DNA from: a virus
Taxonomy: Duplodnaviria > Heunggongvirae > Uroviricota > Caudoviricetes
Length of the DNA stretch: 57,601 nucleotides
Direction: 5' to 3' (one strand)
Virus record (IMG/VR): IMGVR_UViG_3300021255_002251
A program made the translations under genes and the position numbers. Positions within the stretch are counted from its first letter, which is position 1. Each line of letters begins with the position of its first letter. Shown here in pieces: positions 9,940-18,641 of the stretch. Under the pieces are notes generated by a model, which saw only the letters and a list, made by a program, of their open reading frames with translations, had not been told where the DNA came from and did no database searches.

Positions 9940-10972
9940 CGCAATTACCCCAGACTTTCCATTGAAGGTTCGTATTTTTATCCATACTCAAAAGAGCATT
10001 ACCGCAAGTAATCCTATCCTCATCCTCTTCCTTAGATGGAACGAACACTATGACATCCCATCCTCTGTCAAGTAGAGGGTATTCAAACTTCTTGTAAACC
10101 CGATATGTGTCATACCCACCCGGTGTTGAAATCCCATTTGCGCTAGCCTCTTTGGTCTCATGAATTGGAGTAATCTTCACAATAAACTTGTCCTTCTCAA
10201 ACAAGTTATCTAGCACTTCCGCATCTAGAATAGTATCAGAAGCAACTGGGAAGTTCAATGTATACTTTCTTCCCTTTGGCATCGGTAGATAGGCCGCAAT
10301 TTCAGCTATCTCATTCAACGATAGAGACATTCCATCAAACAGGTAATTCCGCTGCACATCATCTGTAGAATTTATTGACAACTGCAATCCAGCCTCACCA
10401 TCATACATCGTGTTCTTGATGTCGCAAAAAGCCTGTAGAATCCCACTCATCTTCTCCTTCCCAGTCCCTTTCGGTAGCATGGTAGTAAAGACGGGGTGAA
10501 TAACATCCGCAGACATATTTCGATTCACAATATCACGCAAGTCCTTGATAAGGAAGCCAAATACATTCTCTGCATTAAGAGATGGTTCTCCCATCCTCGC
10601 CAGATGCAAGTTAAAACGCTTTGTATGATTGCATCCACTAGCCTTGATTGCTTGCTCTACTTCAAAGCAAAGGTCTTCTCTTGTAGCATTGAAACCTTTC
10701 GCAGCATCTGCAAAACGATTAAGCCATTTAACCTTTGGACAGTCGCAGAACCGACACCGCATTGGGCATCCCCTCTGCGTCGAGATAGTTACAACCATCT
10801 TGTCCTCGAGGTCTACTTCATGATGCGGAACGGAGTTAATCTCGTTTGTGAGACCTAGGAAGTTTGCCTTGATGTTGTTCTCTTTGCCGTAGTCTCCGAC
10901 ATAGAGCCATTCAAGAATCTTCTCCGTATCGCAGAAGATAGCACCTGTCCGTGTCTTGAATTCCTTAATCAT
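9932..10972 (-). CDS. RlmN/Cfr-like radical SAM enzyme
   Basis: STQRGCPMRCRFC (CxxxCxxC), RMGEP, C-terminal ITCGN. Confidence 0.85.
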   Translation of the reverse strand: MIKEFKTRTGAIFCDTEKILEWLYVGDYGKENNIKANFLGLTNEINSVPHHEVDLEDKMVVTISTQRGCPMRCRFCDCPKVKWLNRFADAAKGFNATREDLCFEVEQAIKASGCNHTKRFNLHLARMGEPSLNAENVFGFLIKDLRDIVNRNMSADVIHPVFTTMLPKGTGKEKMSGILQAFCDIKNTMYDGEAGLQLSINSTDDVQRNYLFDGMSLSLNEIAEIAAYLPMPKGRKYTLNFPVASDTILDAEVLDNLFEKDKFIVKITPIHETKEASANGISTPGGYDTYRVYKKFEYPLLDRGWDVIVFVPSKEEDEDRITCGNALLSMDKNTNLQWKVWGNCDA

Positions 10973-10973
10973 T

Positions 10974-11210
10974 TCATTTCTCCCATTTAGGGTAAGTCTT
11001 CACAATCGTTTCATGGTCTAAGATTTCATGCCGCACTATTCTAAAGTTCCGTGCTTTACCCAACAATCCACCTTGTTTAGATGCATTCTCCCGAAGTCGT
11101 CTCATCGCCTTTTCTGCCTTCCTTAAAGACGAGTACCCGCCATCGTATATAGTCCCAACATCCCTGTCATAAAGACACTCATACGATATTTCTCTTGTGA
11201 CGCTATTCAT
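10974..11210 (-). CDS. hypothetical protein
   Basis: tightly packed ORF. Confidence 0.65.
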   Translation of the reverse strand: MNSVTREISYECLYDRDVGTIYDGGYSSLRKAEKAMRRLRENASKQGGLLGKARNFRIVRHEILDHETIVKTYPKWEK

Positions 11211-11436
11211 TTATCACCTCATATCCTTTCGCCATTTCTCTCTCACCCAATTCCTTCTCTTCTGCATCGGCTAGGTCTGAAAGAGGCTTCCTAACTTCAT
11301 TCATTTCCGCAAGAGCATTTGTAAGCCAGTAGTCTGCCTCTATGAAGTTCGGCTTGTCTTCTCCAAGATATTCAAAGCACTTGTCTAGCGCCTCCTTCGC
11401 CTGCTCTACCTTGTATTGAATTTCACTAGCAGTCAT
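11203..11436 (-). CDS. hypothetical protein
   Basis: tightly packed ORF. Confidence 0.65.
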   Translation of the reverse strand: MTASEIQYKVEQAKEALDKCFEYLGEDKPNFIEADYWLTNALAEMNEVRKPLSDLADAEEKELGEREMAKGYEVINE

Positions 11437-11446
11437 TGTTATAACC

Positions 11447-12676
11447 TCATCCCTTCAAGACCGCAAGCGGAGTAAGACGAACAAACGGCTTAACTAAGTC
11501 CGACTCATTCGCTATGACTTCTTCAATGTCCTTATAAGCCCCTGGTGCTTCCGACAAGTCTAACTTGCCAGCGGACTTCCCCCTACGTACAGTATTCCAT
11601 CTGTCGCAGACGATCCCCTCCATTGCCTTGTCGCACTCTTCCTTTGTTAGCCTCTCACTAGCGGCAGTTCGGCTCATCTTCCTCCCAGCACCATGTGAGC
11701 ACGACATGAAAGATTCTGGATTTCCTAAACCCTCAACAATATAAGAGTGTGTTCCCATCGACCCCGGAATGATTCCAGTCTCGCCCTTCTTCGCAGAAGT
11801 TGCACCCTTCCGATGAACATAGACATTTTCTCCGAAGTGATTCTCTAGCGAAGCATAATTGTGATGAATGTCATACCTCCACAACTCTTCGCACGGTATT
11901 CCAAGACCTTCGCAGACATCATTAAGAGACTGGAATGCGGCATTCATCATCCCACTCCTATTCTCTTGAGCATATGCAAGGGCAAAGTTCATGTCAAATA
12001 GGTAGTCTTTCCCAAACTTCTCATCTATCGGTAGGAATGCCAAATCTTCGTCTGGGAGATTGACAAACCATCTCTTGCATAATTCCTTTGCTATGTTGTG
12101 ATAGTATGTAGCTATCCTATGTCCTAGGTTGCGCGACCCCGAATGAATCATAATCCATACATTACCATCGTCATCCTTCTGCAATTCGCAAAAATGATTT
12201 CCTCCACCAAGTGTATGTAGGTTTTTCCTATCTATTTCACTTGGCCATAGCTGAGAAGATAGGGTGCATTGGTCAATATACCAATCAAACTTGTCCCAAG
12301 TCTGATTATCTCTATGATGATTCCCTTCACCAACAGGGATACGAGCCTTAGCCTTTGTCTGCCAAGACCTACGAATTGCCATATCTGACAATGCTGCTGC
12401 TGGAACATTAGTCTTCACGGCTATCATGCCACATCCAATATCGACACCTATGGCATTTGGACAAATCGCATTCTTCAATGCCAGCACACCGCCGATACAG
12501 ACACCCATCCCCTGATGAGCATCAGGCATCATTGCGACATGGTGGAACACACACGGCATATTAGCCATGTTAATCCCCTGCTGCATAGCCCCGTCTTCGA
12601 GGTTGTTTGCCCAGCACTTTACTGGCACTCGCCAGTTGTCTTCCTTCTTTGCCCACAACATCTTTAGTTCCTCCAC
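11447..12676 (-). CDS. rtcB: RtcB RNA ligase
   Basis: MPDAHQG, GVDIGCG, TLGGGNHF, IHSGSRNLG, HHNYA, VHRKGAT, SCSHGAGR, EAPGAYKDI. Confidence 0.96.
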   Translation of the reverse strand: MEELKMLWAKKEDNWRVPVKCWANNLEDGAMQQGINMANMPCVFHHVAMMPDAHQGMGVCIGGVLALKNAICPNAIGVDIGCGMIAVKTNVPAAALSDMAIRRSWQTKAKARIPVGEGNHHRDNQTWDKFDWYIDQCTLSSQLWPSEIDRKNLHTLGGGNHFCELQKDDDGNVWIMIHSGSRNLGHRIATYYHNIAKELCKRWFVNLPDEDLAFLPIDEKFGKDYLFDMNFALAYAQENRSGMMNAAFQSLNDVCEGLGIPCEELWRYDIHHNYASLENHFGENVYVHRKGATSAKKGETGIIPGSMGTHSYIVEGLGNPESFMSCSHGAGRKMSRTAASERLTKEECDKAMEGIVCDRWNTVRRGKSAGKLDLSEAPGAYKDIEEVIANESDLVKPFVRLTPLAVLKG

Positions 12677-13110
12677 TGGATAATCTTCATCTTCAACTCA
12701 ATAGCAGTCTGCAACTCAAGACGTACTCCTACAGAACTTTCCCATTCTGGGAGTAGCAAAAGAACATTGCATTTTCGTTCCGCTTCCTGTATCTCTTTCT
12801 CCATAGCACAATAGAGAGCCTTATCTTCGTCCACCTTAGACGGATTGTACTTCTTCCCGATTGAGGCCGGATTGACACACTCATAACCCGCCGCCCTAAG
12901 GCACTCCTCTACCTTCTCAAAGATATAGTAGTTGTGTCCTACATATCCAGTCATCGGCCCCGATATGAATATCCTATGCTCTTTCGGCTGTAAATCGATC
13001 CCTCTTTCCTTTAGAGTTTCCCACATGAGATACTGTGGGTTGAAACTCTTTGATGTGCAACAAAATAGGAGATTGTACAGAATGCGGTCTAACTTTGTTT
13101 CCTCTTTCAT
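12664..13110 (-). CDS. DUF4406 (nucleoside deoxyribosyltransferase-like) protein
   Basis: IFISGPMTG...VNPA...LLLPEWESSVGVRLE. Confidence 0.8.
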   Translation of the reverse strand: MKEETKLDRILYNLLFCCTSKSFNPQYLMWETLKERGIDLQPKEHRIFISGPMTGYVGHNYYIFEKVEECLRAAGYECVNPASIGKKYNPSKVDEDKALYCAMEKEIQEAERKCNVLLLLPEWESSVGVRLELQTAIELKMKIIQWRN

Positions 13111-13111
13111 G

Positions 13112-14017
13112 TCACACCTTCCACTTCAAGCAGAATGTCGGATTGTCCTTGTTCTTTCTAGCCAATTCCCCGTAGAAAAGGACTCCTTCCTTGTTTTCAA
13201 TATCAGTAAGACGATATGGAATGTCAATCGGTGCAATCCTACTCCTCCAGCATGACAAAGACCCGTCTGTTAGAGACTTTATAAGTGCATCTCTTTGTTC
13301 CGCAGGTATTCTCTCAACCTCTTCATCTGTCAAATCCTTTAGATAGTCCTCTCGCTGGAAGAACGTCCCTCGAAGGAAAGCCTCGTCAGTGTCACGATAG
13401 AAGTCGTACCCTTTCTCCTTCATCATGGCAATCTTCTCTTCTCCGCTCTTGCCCTGAATCTGCTTGTGAGAGAAGAAGTGCAGAGCCATTCCTGTGATAC
13501 TGTTCTTTATGGCATCATTCTCTCGCCACAAAAATGCATTCGCAAGTTCTCCTTCATTCGGGAGGTTGAACACACGGCAGTCAAACGATGGAACATGAAT
13601 CTGTGTTCTGTGCCATAGAACATCAATCCCATAGTTTATGACCAAAGGACTACTAGACTTGCTTGCTTCAATAAACTGAACAAACTTCGCAGCAGCCATT
13701 GATGCAAGTACCGATTCCAGTTTCTGAATTCTACCCTCGAATGGCGCTTTGCTATAGTCCTTCCATCCTAGGCTAATCTCATCGCTCTGTACATATCCTA
13801 GAGCCGCGCCCGTCTCTCCGACTAGGAACTTGCAGACTTCCTGCATTGTCTGAATGAATGCCTCACTATACGGCTTCTTAAGCCCCTTGCAGAGCGTATG
13901 GAAAGCCCTCCCGTCTATACGTGCATAGACTGGGCAGTTCGGCATCAACTGACGAGAAGTTGACAAAGCCTCATATGCTTTTAGCCTATCGCCGAGACTA
14001 TCTTTGCTATCGCTCAT
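13112..14017 (-). CDS. thg1: tRNA(His) guanylyltransferase Thg1-like 3'-5' polymerase
   Basis: ARIDGRAFH, GYVQSDEISL, GRIQKLES, FDCRVF, WRENDAIKNS. Confidence 0.92.
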   Translation of the reverse strand: MSDSKDSLGDRLKAYEALSTSRQLMPNCPVYARIDGRAFHTLCKGLKKPYSEAFIQTMQEVCKFLVGETGAALGYVQSDEISLGWKDYSKAPFEGRIQKLESVLASMAAAKFVQFIEASKSSSPLVINYGIDVLWHRTQIHVPSFDCRVFNLPNEGELANAFLWRENDAIKNSITGMALHFFSHKQIQGKSGEEKIAMMKEKGYDFYRDTDEAFLRGTFFQREDYLKDLTDEEVERIPAEQRDALIKSLTDGSLSCWRSRIAPIDIPYRLTDIENKEGVLFYGELARKNKDNPTFCLKWKV

Positions 14018-14044
14018 GACTTATTCTCCCATTGGAAGATGGCT

Positions 14045-15730
14045 TTAGCCCTCCACCGTGGAATTGGTGCTTTCGATAATCTGCTTCCGCTTACGGGCAA
14101 GGAGTTCCTTTGCACGCTTCATGGCATCCGTTTCAGTTCCAGCATAGGCAGCCTCAATCACAGGGCTATCCTTTGCTTCTGCTGCAGGTTGTACTATTTC
14201 AGCATCTACAATAACCTCGGCATCTTCGGACTTCTTTCCCTTGCCACGGCGAATAATCTTAGGAATCTCCGCCATGTGGTTCTCCATGCCCTCAATATAC
14301 CCATTCTTAATGATGATGGTGCACTCGTCAGGATTTGTAGTAACCCTCGTGCCGATAATCTGAATGTCGTGGTCAATTGCAAACTGGTTGAGTTCCGCAA
14401 GAGATTCCGAATCCAACTGCTCTAACTTGTCCACGAACATGAACTTGCAGGACGGATTGATGCGCATCACGATTGCGCAACCAACACGAATCTTCATAGA
14501 CTCGCTCATGCAGTCCCAAGCCTTGCCGTTCAAGGTGACAACCTTGTTCTCTACGGACAGTCCAGGGTACGGAAGTCCAGCGCCCTGCAGAAGAGCATCC
14601 TTCTGCTTGCGGAGGTCTTCAATAACCGCTGTCTTCTCGTCGTATTTGAGAGCCTGCTCATCGGCTTCCTTAAGAACCTTCGCACGGGCGATGTTCTCTC
14701 GCACCTTGATGTTCGTGTTCTCCACCTCGTCGATTTCGCGCTGGAAAGAAGTCGTGTCCTCCAAAGTGAAGTCCTGCATTTCTGCGGAGGCAATCTTCTC
14801 CGTAAGAGCATCAACTGCCTTGTCGTTCTCCGTCTTCTGCCCTGCGAGAGCCTTCTTGTTCTCCTCCGCAGACTTTCGAATTTGCGCCTTGTGGGTAACG
14901 GCAAACTCCTGTGCCGCCTTGATGCTCTCCTGCAACTTGCGAATCTGCTCCTCGATTGATGCAACCTTCGTCTTGCAATCTGCATCCACCTTCTCACAAA
15001 GGGAAACCGTCTCCCCATCTACCTTCACAAGCGCTGCCTCGATACGCTCACCAGCCTCTACCAAACGAACGAGGTCGGCATTGTTCTTGTCAAGTTCCTG
15101 CTTCGCAGCCTGAATCTTGGCATTACGAACATTAACCTCCTGCATCCTCGCAAGGATATCGGAAGGAGAAAGTTCCTCTTCTGGCACTCCATCATGGAAA
15201 GGCATTTCCTTCCCTGCCTTTCGCTTCTGGTCGCGGATTCGCCCTATGATTGTGCGCTCCTCATATTCGGACTGAATAGCCGCATCAAGTGCCTCCACCT
15301 TGTCCTCGATGTGAAGGGCCTTAAGAAGGATCTCCGCCCTATCCTTGTCCGAACCATTGAGGAACTTAGGGAGGTCAAGGGCGAACTTCGTGATGAACTG
15401 GTCGAGCAGGCGCTGCCGAGAGAGCTTGCCTGTTTCATCGTACACCTTGAGGTCGGCTGAATCACCCACCCTCTGTGCAATGATTCCATTTGAGAACACC
15501 ATGCGAAGGAACGACTCCGCTTCTGTGCCGTCCTTGTGGTAGTTTGTCGGGCGATATGCCTCACCACCGGCGGTATACTGCATACCGTTGATGATTGATG
15601 TCTTGCCCTGATTGTTCTTTCCGCCGAGAGTTGTCACTCCTGAAAGCGGGAACTCATAGTCGAAGAGGTTTACACCCTTGACGTTCTGCATGGTGAAATG
15701 CTTCACCTTCATTACTTTCTGCTCTTCCAT
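14045..15730 (-). CDS. SMC/Rad50-like AAA ATPase with long coiled coil
   Basis: Walker A GKNNQGKTS, central coiled coil, signature MSES, Walker B FMFVD. Confidence 0.85.
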   Translation of the reverse strand: MEEQKVMKVKHFTMQNVKGVNLFDYEFPLSGVTTLGGKNNQGKTSIINGMQYTAGGEAYRPTNYHKDGTEAESFLRMVFSNGIIAQRVGDSADLKVYDETGKLSRQRLLDQFITKFALDLPKFLNGSDKDRAEILLKALHIEDKVEALDAAIQSEYEERTIIGRIRDQKRKAGKEMPFHDGVPEEELSPSDILARMQEVNVRNAKIQAAKQELDKNNADLVRLVEAGERIEAALVKVDGETVSLCEKVDADCKTKVASIEEQIRKLQESIKAAQEFAVTHKAQIRKSAEENKKALAGQKTENDKAVDALTEKIASAEMQDFTLEDTTSFQREIDEVENTNIKVRENIARAKVLKEADEQALKYDEKTAVIEDLRKQKDALLQGAGLPYPGLSVENKVVTLNGKAWDCMSESMKIRVGCAIVMRINPSCKFMFVDKLEQLDSESLAELNQFAIDHDIQIIGTRVTTNPDECTIIIKNGYIEGMENHMAEIPKIIRRGKGKKSEDAEVIVDAEIVQPAAEAKDSPVIEAAYAGTETDAMKRAKELLARKRKQIIESTNSTVEG

Positions 15731-15779
15731 AATGCTTTGTCCTTTGTTAGTTGTTGTCCTTGTTTTCGGAACGGCACAT

Positions 15780-15809
15780 ATTTTACCACACTATTCAGGT
15801 GGCTGTAAA
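15780..15809 (-). promoter_or_regulatory. sigma70-like promoter
   Basis: TTTACA-18-TAAAAT followed by ATGTGCCGT. Confidence 0.7.
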
Positions 15810-15817
15810 TGGGGTGT

Positions 15818-15851
15818 AAAAAGAAAATGGCGGAATTTTTCATTCCGCCAT
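15818..15851 (-). terminator. intrinsic terminator
   Basis: ATGGCGGAAT/ATTCCGCCAT 10-bp stem followed by U-tract on minus strand. Confidence 0.8.
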
Positions 15852-15882
15852 ATCGTTTTTGTCCTACACCTATGGAAGGTTG

Positions 15883-16224
15883 TTACTTTTTTGTAATCCA
15901 CGAACCACACTTAACCTCTGGGTGTCCCTGCATATGCTTTCGGACAATAGCAAGCCCCAATGCCTCCGCATGTCCTGCATTAGCAAGAATATAGTCCCAA
16001 GACTCATCGTCCATAGAGTGATACAGCCGATCCCGTTCCTCTGATGCATCTACCTTCTTGGTTACATCTTCACCAGTTGAAAGCAGCCCCAAAGACAATG
16101 CAAACATTAGGCGATAATACTCTTTCGCCCCACTTGGTGCTTTCTCGTACTTCGCACGCCAATGTTCCCTCTTGAGGAATATCGCCGTTGCTTTCTCTTC
16201 AAGTTCTCGCAATACATCTGTCAT
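15883..16224 (-). CDS. hypothetical protein
   Basis: ORF with RBS, followed by terminator. Confidence 0.7.
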   Translation of the reverse strand: MTDVLRELEEKATAIFLKREHWRAKYEKAPSGAKEYYRLMFALSLGLLSTGEDVTKKVDASEERDRLYHSMDDESWDYILANAGHAEALGLAIVRKHMQGHPEVKCGSWITKK

Positions 16225-16269
16225 TTTCGTTCTCCTTAGCTTTTTGTTTTTGTTCCTTCTTTGTTGTCC

Positions 16270-17082
16270 TTATGAAGATTTCTCTATCCTCTTGATCCCC
16301 CTATCCAATCCCGGATTCTCCGCCTCATCATATGTGAGGTTGTAGATTGTTGTCTGTGAGGTATAGTTGTAAACTGAATTCTGGTTCCAGTAGAGCATCA
16401 TGGCTATTGCACGTTTTGCATCCTTGCAATCAATTGAAACTTCACCATTGTCTTGGAAAATTCCGACATTCCATGTGTCAGCACCACCAAGTTTCACTAG
16501 CTCTGTGACCTTTCTGTCATACTCCTCGTCTGTGAGCACTCTACTCAAAGTCATAGCACCAGTTTTTTTGTCCGGGTCGCTCAAAGTAGTATGGAAAGTA
16601 ACACCAAATCCGGTGCAATCTTCCCTTACCTCACCTGTCTCTGCATTTATTGTAGCATACTGTTTGTCCTTGTTCTTCTCATAAATCTCATCCCTTATCT
16701 TTCTCGTGTCAGTCCACAACACTTTATGCGGTTCTGCTTCATACATTTCAAGTTCTCCCAAGAACTCATCATAGGCTTTCTTCAGTGATTCGAATGTAGC
16801 ATTCTCGAAACCGGGAATAGAGGTTAGCCCCCCATCCTTGCAAAGTTGTTCGAGCTCCTTAACTTTCCTATCATATTGTGGTGTTGGCTCCACTCCCAGA
16901 TTATCAACATCTTCTGATTCTGACAAGTCTTTCTTGTAGAAGGGGCAAGACTCTATAGACTTTGCACGGCAAGGAGTCCCGTCAGGGTGCTTGTACCCGT
17001 TTGGACTAGCATCCATCGCAGCCTTTTCTGCCGCATGCTCCTTTTCGAGCCAACTATAGAAATTGTCGCTAAAAGCTCCCAT
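16270..17082 (-). CDS. hypothetical protein with N-terminal AMDA and C-x-A-K-x4-C motif (possible head-packaged protein)
   Basis: AAMDASPNGYKHPDGTPCRAKSIESCPFY. Confidence 0.7.
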   Translation of the reverse strand: MGAFSDNFYSWLEKEHAAEKAAMDASPNGYKHPDGTPCRAKSIESCPFYKKDLSESEDVDNLGVEPTPQYDRKVKELEQLCKDGGLTSIPGFENATFESLKKAYDEFLGELEMYEAEPHKVLWTDTRKIRDEIYEKNKDKQYATINAETGEVREDCTGFGVTFHTTLSDPDKKTGAMTLSRVLTDEEYDRKVTELVKLGGADTWNVGIFQDNGEVSIDCKDAKRAIAMMLYWNQNSVYNYTSQTTIYNLTYDEAENPGLDRGIKRIEKSS

Positions 17083-17163
17083 ATCGGTATCTCCTTGACA
17101 TAGTTTTACTTATCAAGAAATGCCATTAGGTTATTGTATTTCGCCTTGTTTTTCACGGCGAAT

Positions 17164-17193
17164 ATTATACCCTGTTTTTATTTAGGCTGTAAA
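17164..17193 (-). promoter_or_regulatory. sigma70-like promoter
   Basis: TTTACA-18-TATAAT. Confidence 0.7.
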
Positions 17194-17210
17194 GAGGGTA
17201 TAGAGAAAAA

Positions 17211-17852
17211 CTAGTTGTTTTTCTTGACCCAAATCGGTTCTAGCCTACACTTGCAGTTAATCATCTGCCCTGGATATCCACGCTCTTTTGTCTTGAGGTC
17301 TATTATTGGAGGTCTGTCAATCTTGAATATATATCCGTTCAAACCATTTGGGCGTCCATTCCTCTTCCCACTAACTCCATTCCACTTCCGTAGATGATAC
17401 ACCCTTGGATTTGTCTCTCCCTTATGCACCCACTTCACTAGTTCGCATCCCTGCCCCCTCCATTTCTCCACTAGAAACCTTTCAGAAGCCTTATTCAACT
17501 GGTCATCGGCTATCATCTGCGCTCTTGCATAGTCCACCCCCCCAATTCGCATCAGATAAGCGATTAGGCTATCTCTTGTTGCCCTTCCATCAAATACCCG
17601 CATAATATACATCGCTATGCGCCGATGATCTTCTTCTGTCGGTATCGTCTTAATGAGAGACACGCCTTCTGCAATTATCTTTCTTGCTCTTTCCCGTGGA
17701 ACATACTCAATGAGGGACTTCGTTCTCCGTATCCTTTTCCGTAGAGTCTCTGACAAAGGACATTTCATGCCAGAGACGGAAGCATCCTGTGCTACCGAAT
17801 CTGGCACTTCTTCATCGCAGCACATTCTATCGCAGCACTGACAGTCCACCAC
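17211..17852 (-). CDS. MuF / SPP1 gp7-like minor head protein
   Basis: RAQMIADDQL, KWVHKGETNPRVYH, YPGQMINCKCRLEPI. Confidence 0.85.
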   Translation of the reverse strand: MVDCQCCDRMCCDEEVPDSVAQDASVSGMKCPLSETLRKRIRRTKSLIEYVPRERARKIIAEGVSLIKTIPTEEDHRRIAMYIMRVFDGRATRDSLIAYLMRIGGVDYARAQMIADDQLNKASERFLVEKWRGQGCELVKWVHKGETNPRVYHLRKWNGVSGKRNGRPNGLNGYIFKIDRPPIIDLKTKERGYPGQMINCKCRLEPIWVKKNN

Positions 17853-18558
17853 ACATCATCCTTCTCTTCCACGTTGCACTCCATGTGCCATATGTGGCTA
17901 CAACATCACTAACCCCATCCATAGGTCCTACTATCGTAGCATTCCTAGTTGGAGACTTGTGAGAATATGCTGCACATCCACACCCTTGCGTCCCCGCCGC
18001 ATACCCATGAAGCCTAGTGGCTATCCTACTTCCATACGTTCTTTTGAACGATGAACTACCAGTACCTGCCAAAAGAACATAGAAAGAGTTATCCTCAGTA
18101 TTACCACCTTTTGCATATGAAGGTTCTAGTTCAAGATAAAAGCAAAGGCACGGAGTCCTGAAAGCCTCTGTTTTGTTGCTCCCTATGTAATTGTACCTGG
18201 TATATACTACATCTGAATATTCATAGCCCTTATAGATTACATAAGCTCCATTAACCTTAAACCTACTGTTTTTCAAGTTTCCGAACTCTATCGCAAATGA
18301 TCCATCGTCCATCCACTTGATATACATATCTCCCTTTATCCTTTGTGTTTGATACTTCCTGTATCCTAATGACTTTGTATTGTCGAGTACCTGCGGAACC
18401 TTAAGGTCGAGACGAAATGAGTATATGTCGCTGGCAACTACGGTAGAATAGGCATCTTCTTCATCCGCATCCGTCGCATATGCAGTGCCAATGATAGGGA
18501 TTCCTGCTATCCAGCATAAGAGCATTGCGAACCATAGGCATCCAAGTAGTTTCTTCAT
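17827..18558 (-). CDS. secreted protein
   Basis: N-terminal signal peptide MKKLLGCLWFAMLLCWIAG. Confidence 0.7.
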   Translation of the reverse strand: MKKLLGCLWFAMLLCWIAGIPIIGTAYATDADEEDAYSTVVASDIYSFRLDLKVPQVLDNTKSLGYRKYQTQRIKGDMYIKWMDDGSFAIEFGNLKNSRFKVNGAYVIYKGYEYSDVVYTRYNYIGSNKTEAFRTPCLCFYLELEPSYAKGGNTEDNSFYVLLAGTGSSSFKRTYGSRIATRLHGYAAGTQGCGCAAYSHKSPTRNATIVGPMDGVSDVVATYGTWSATWKRRMMCGGLSVLR

Positions 18559-18641
18559 AACCCACCTCTCTTTTCATAAATCGGGGCGGAATCTTACATA
18601 CTAAATGCCAATTCTTCAACTTTATCCCAGGGTTAAAGCAT

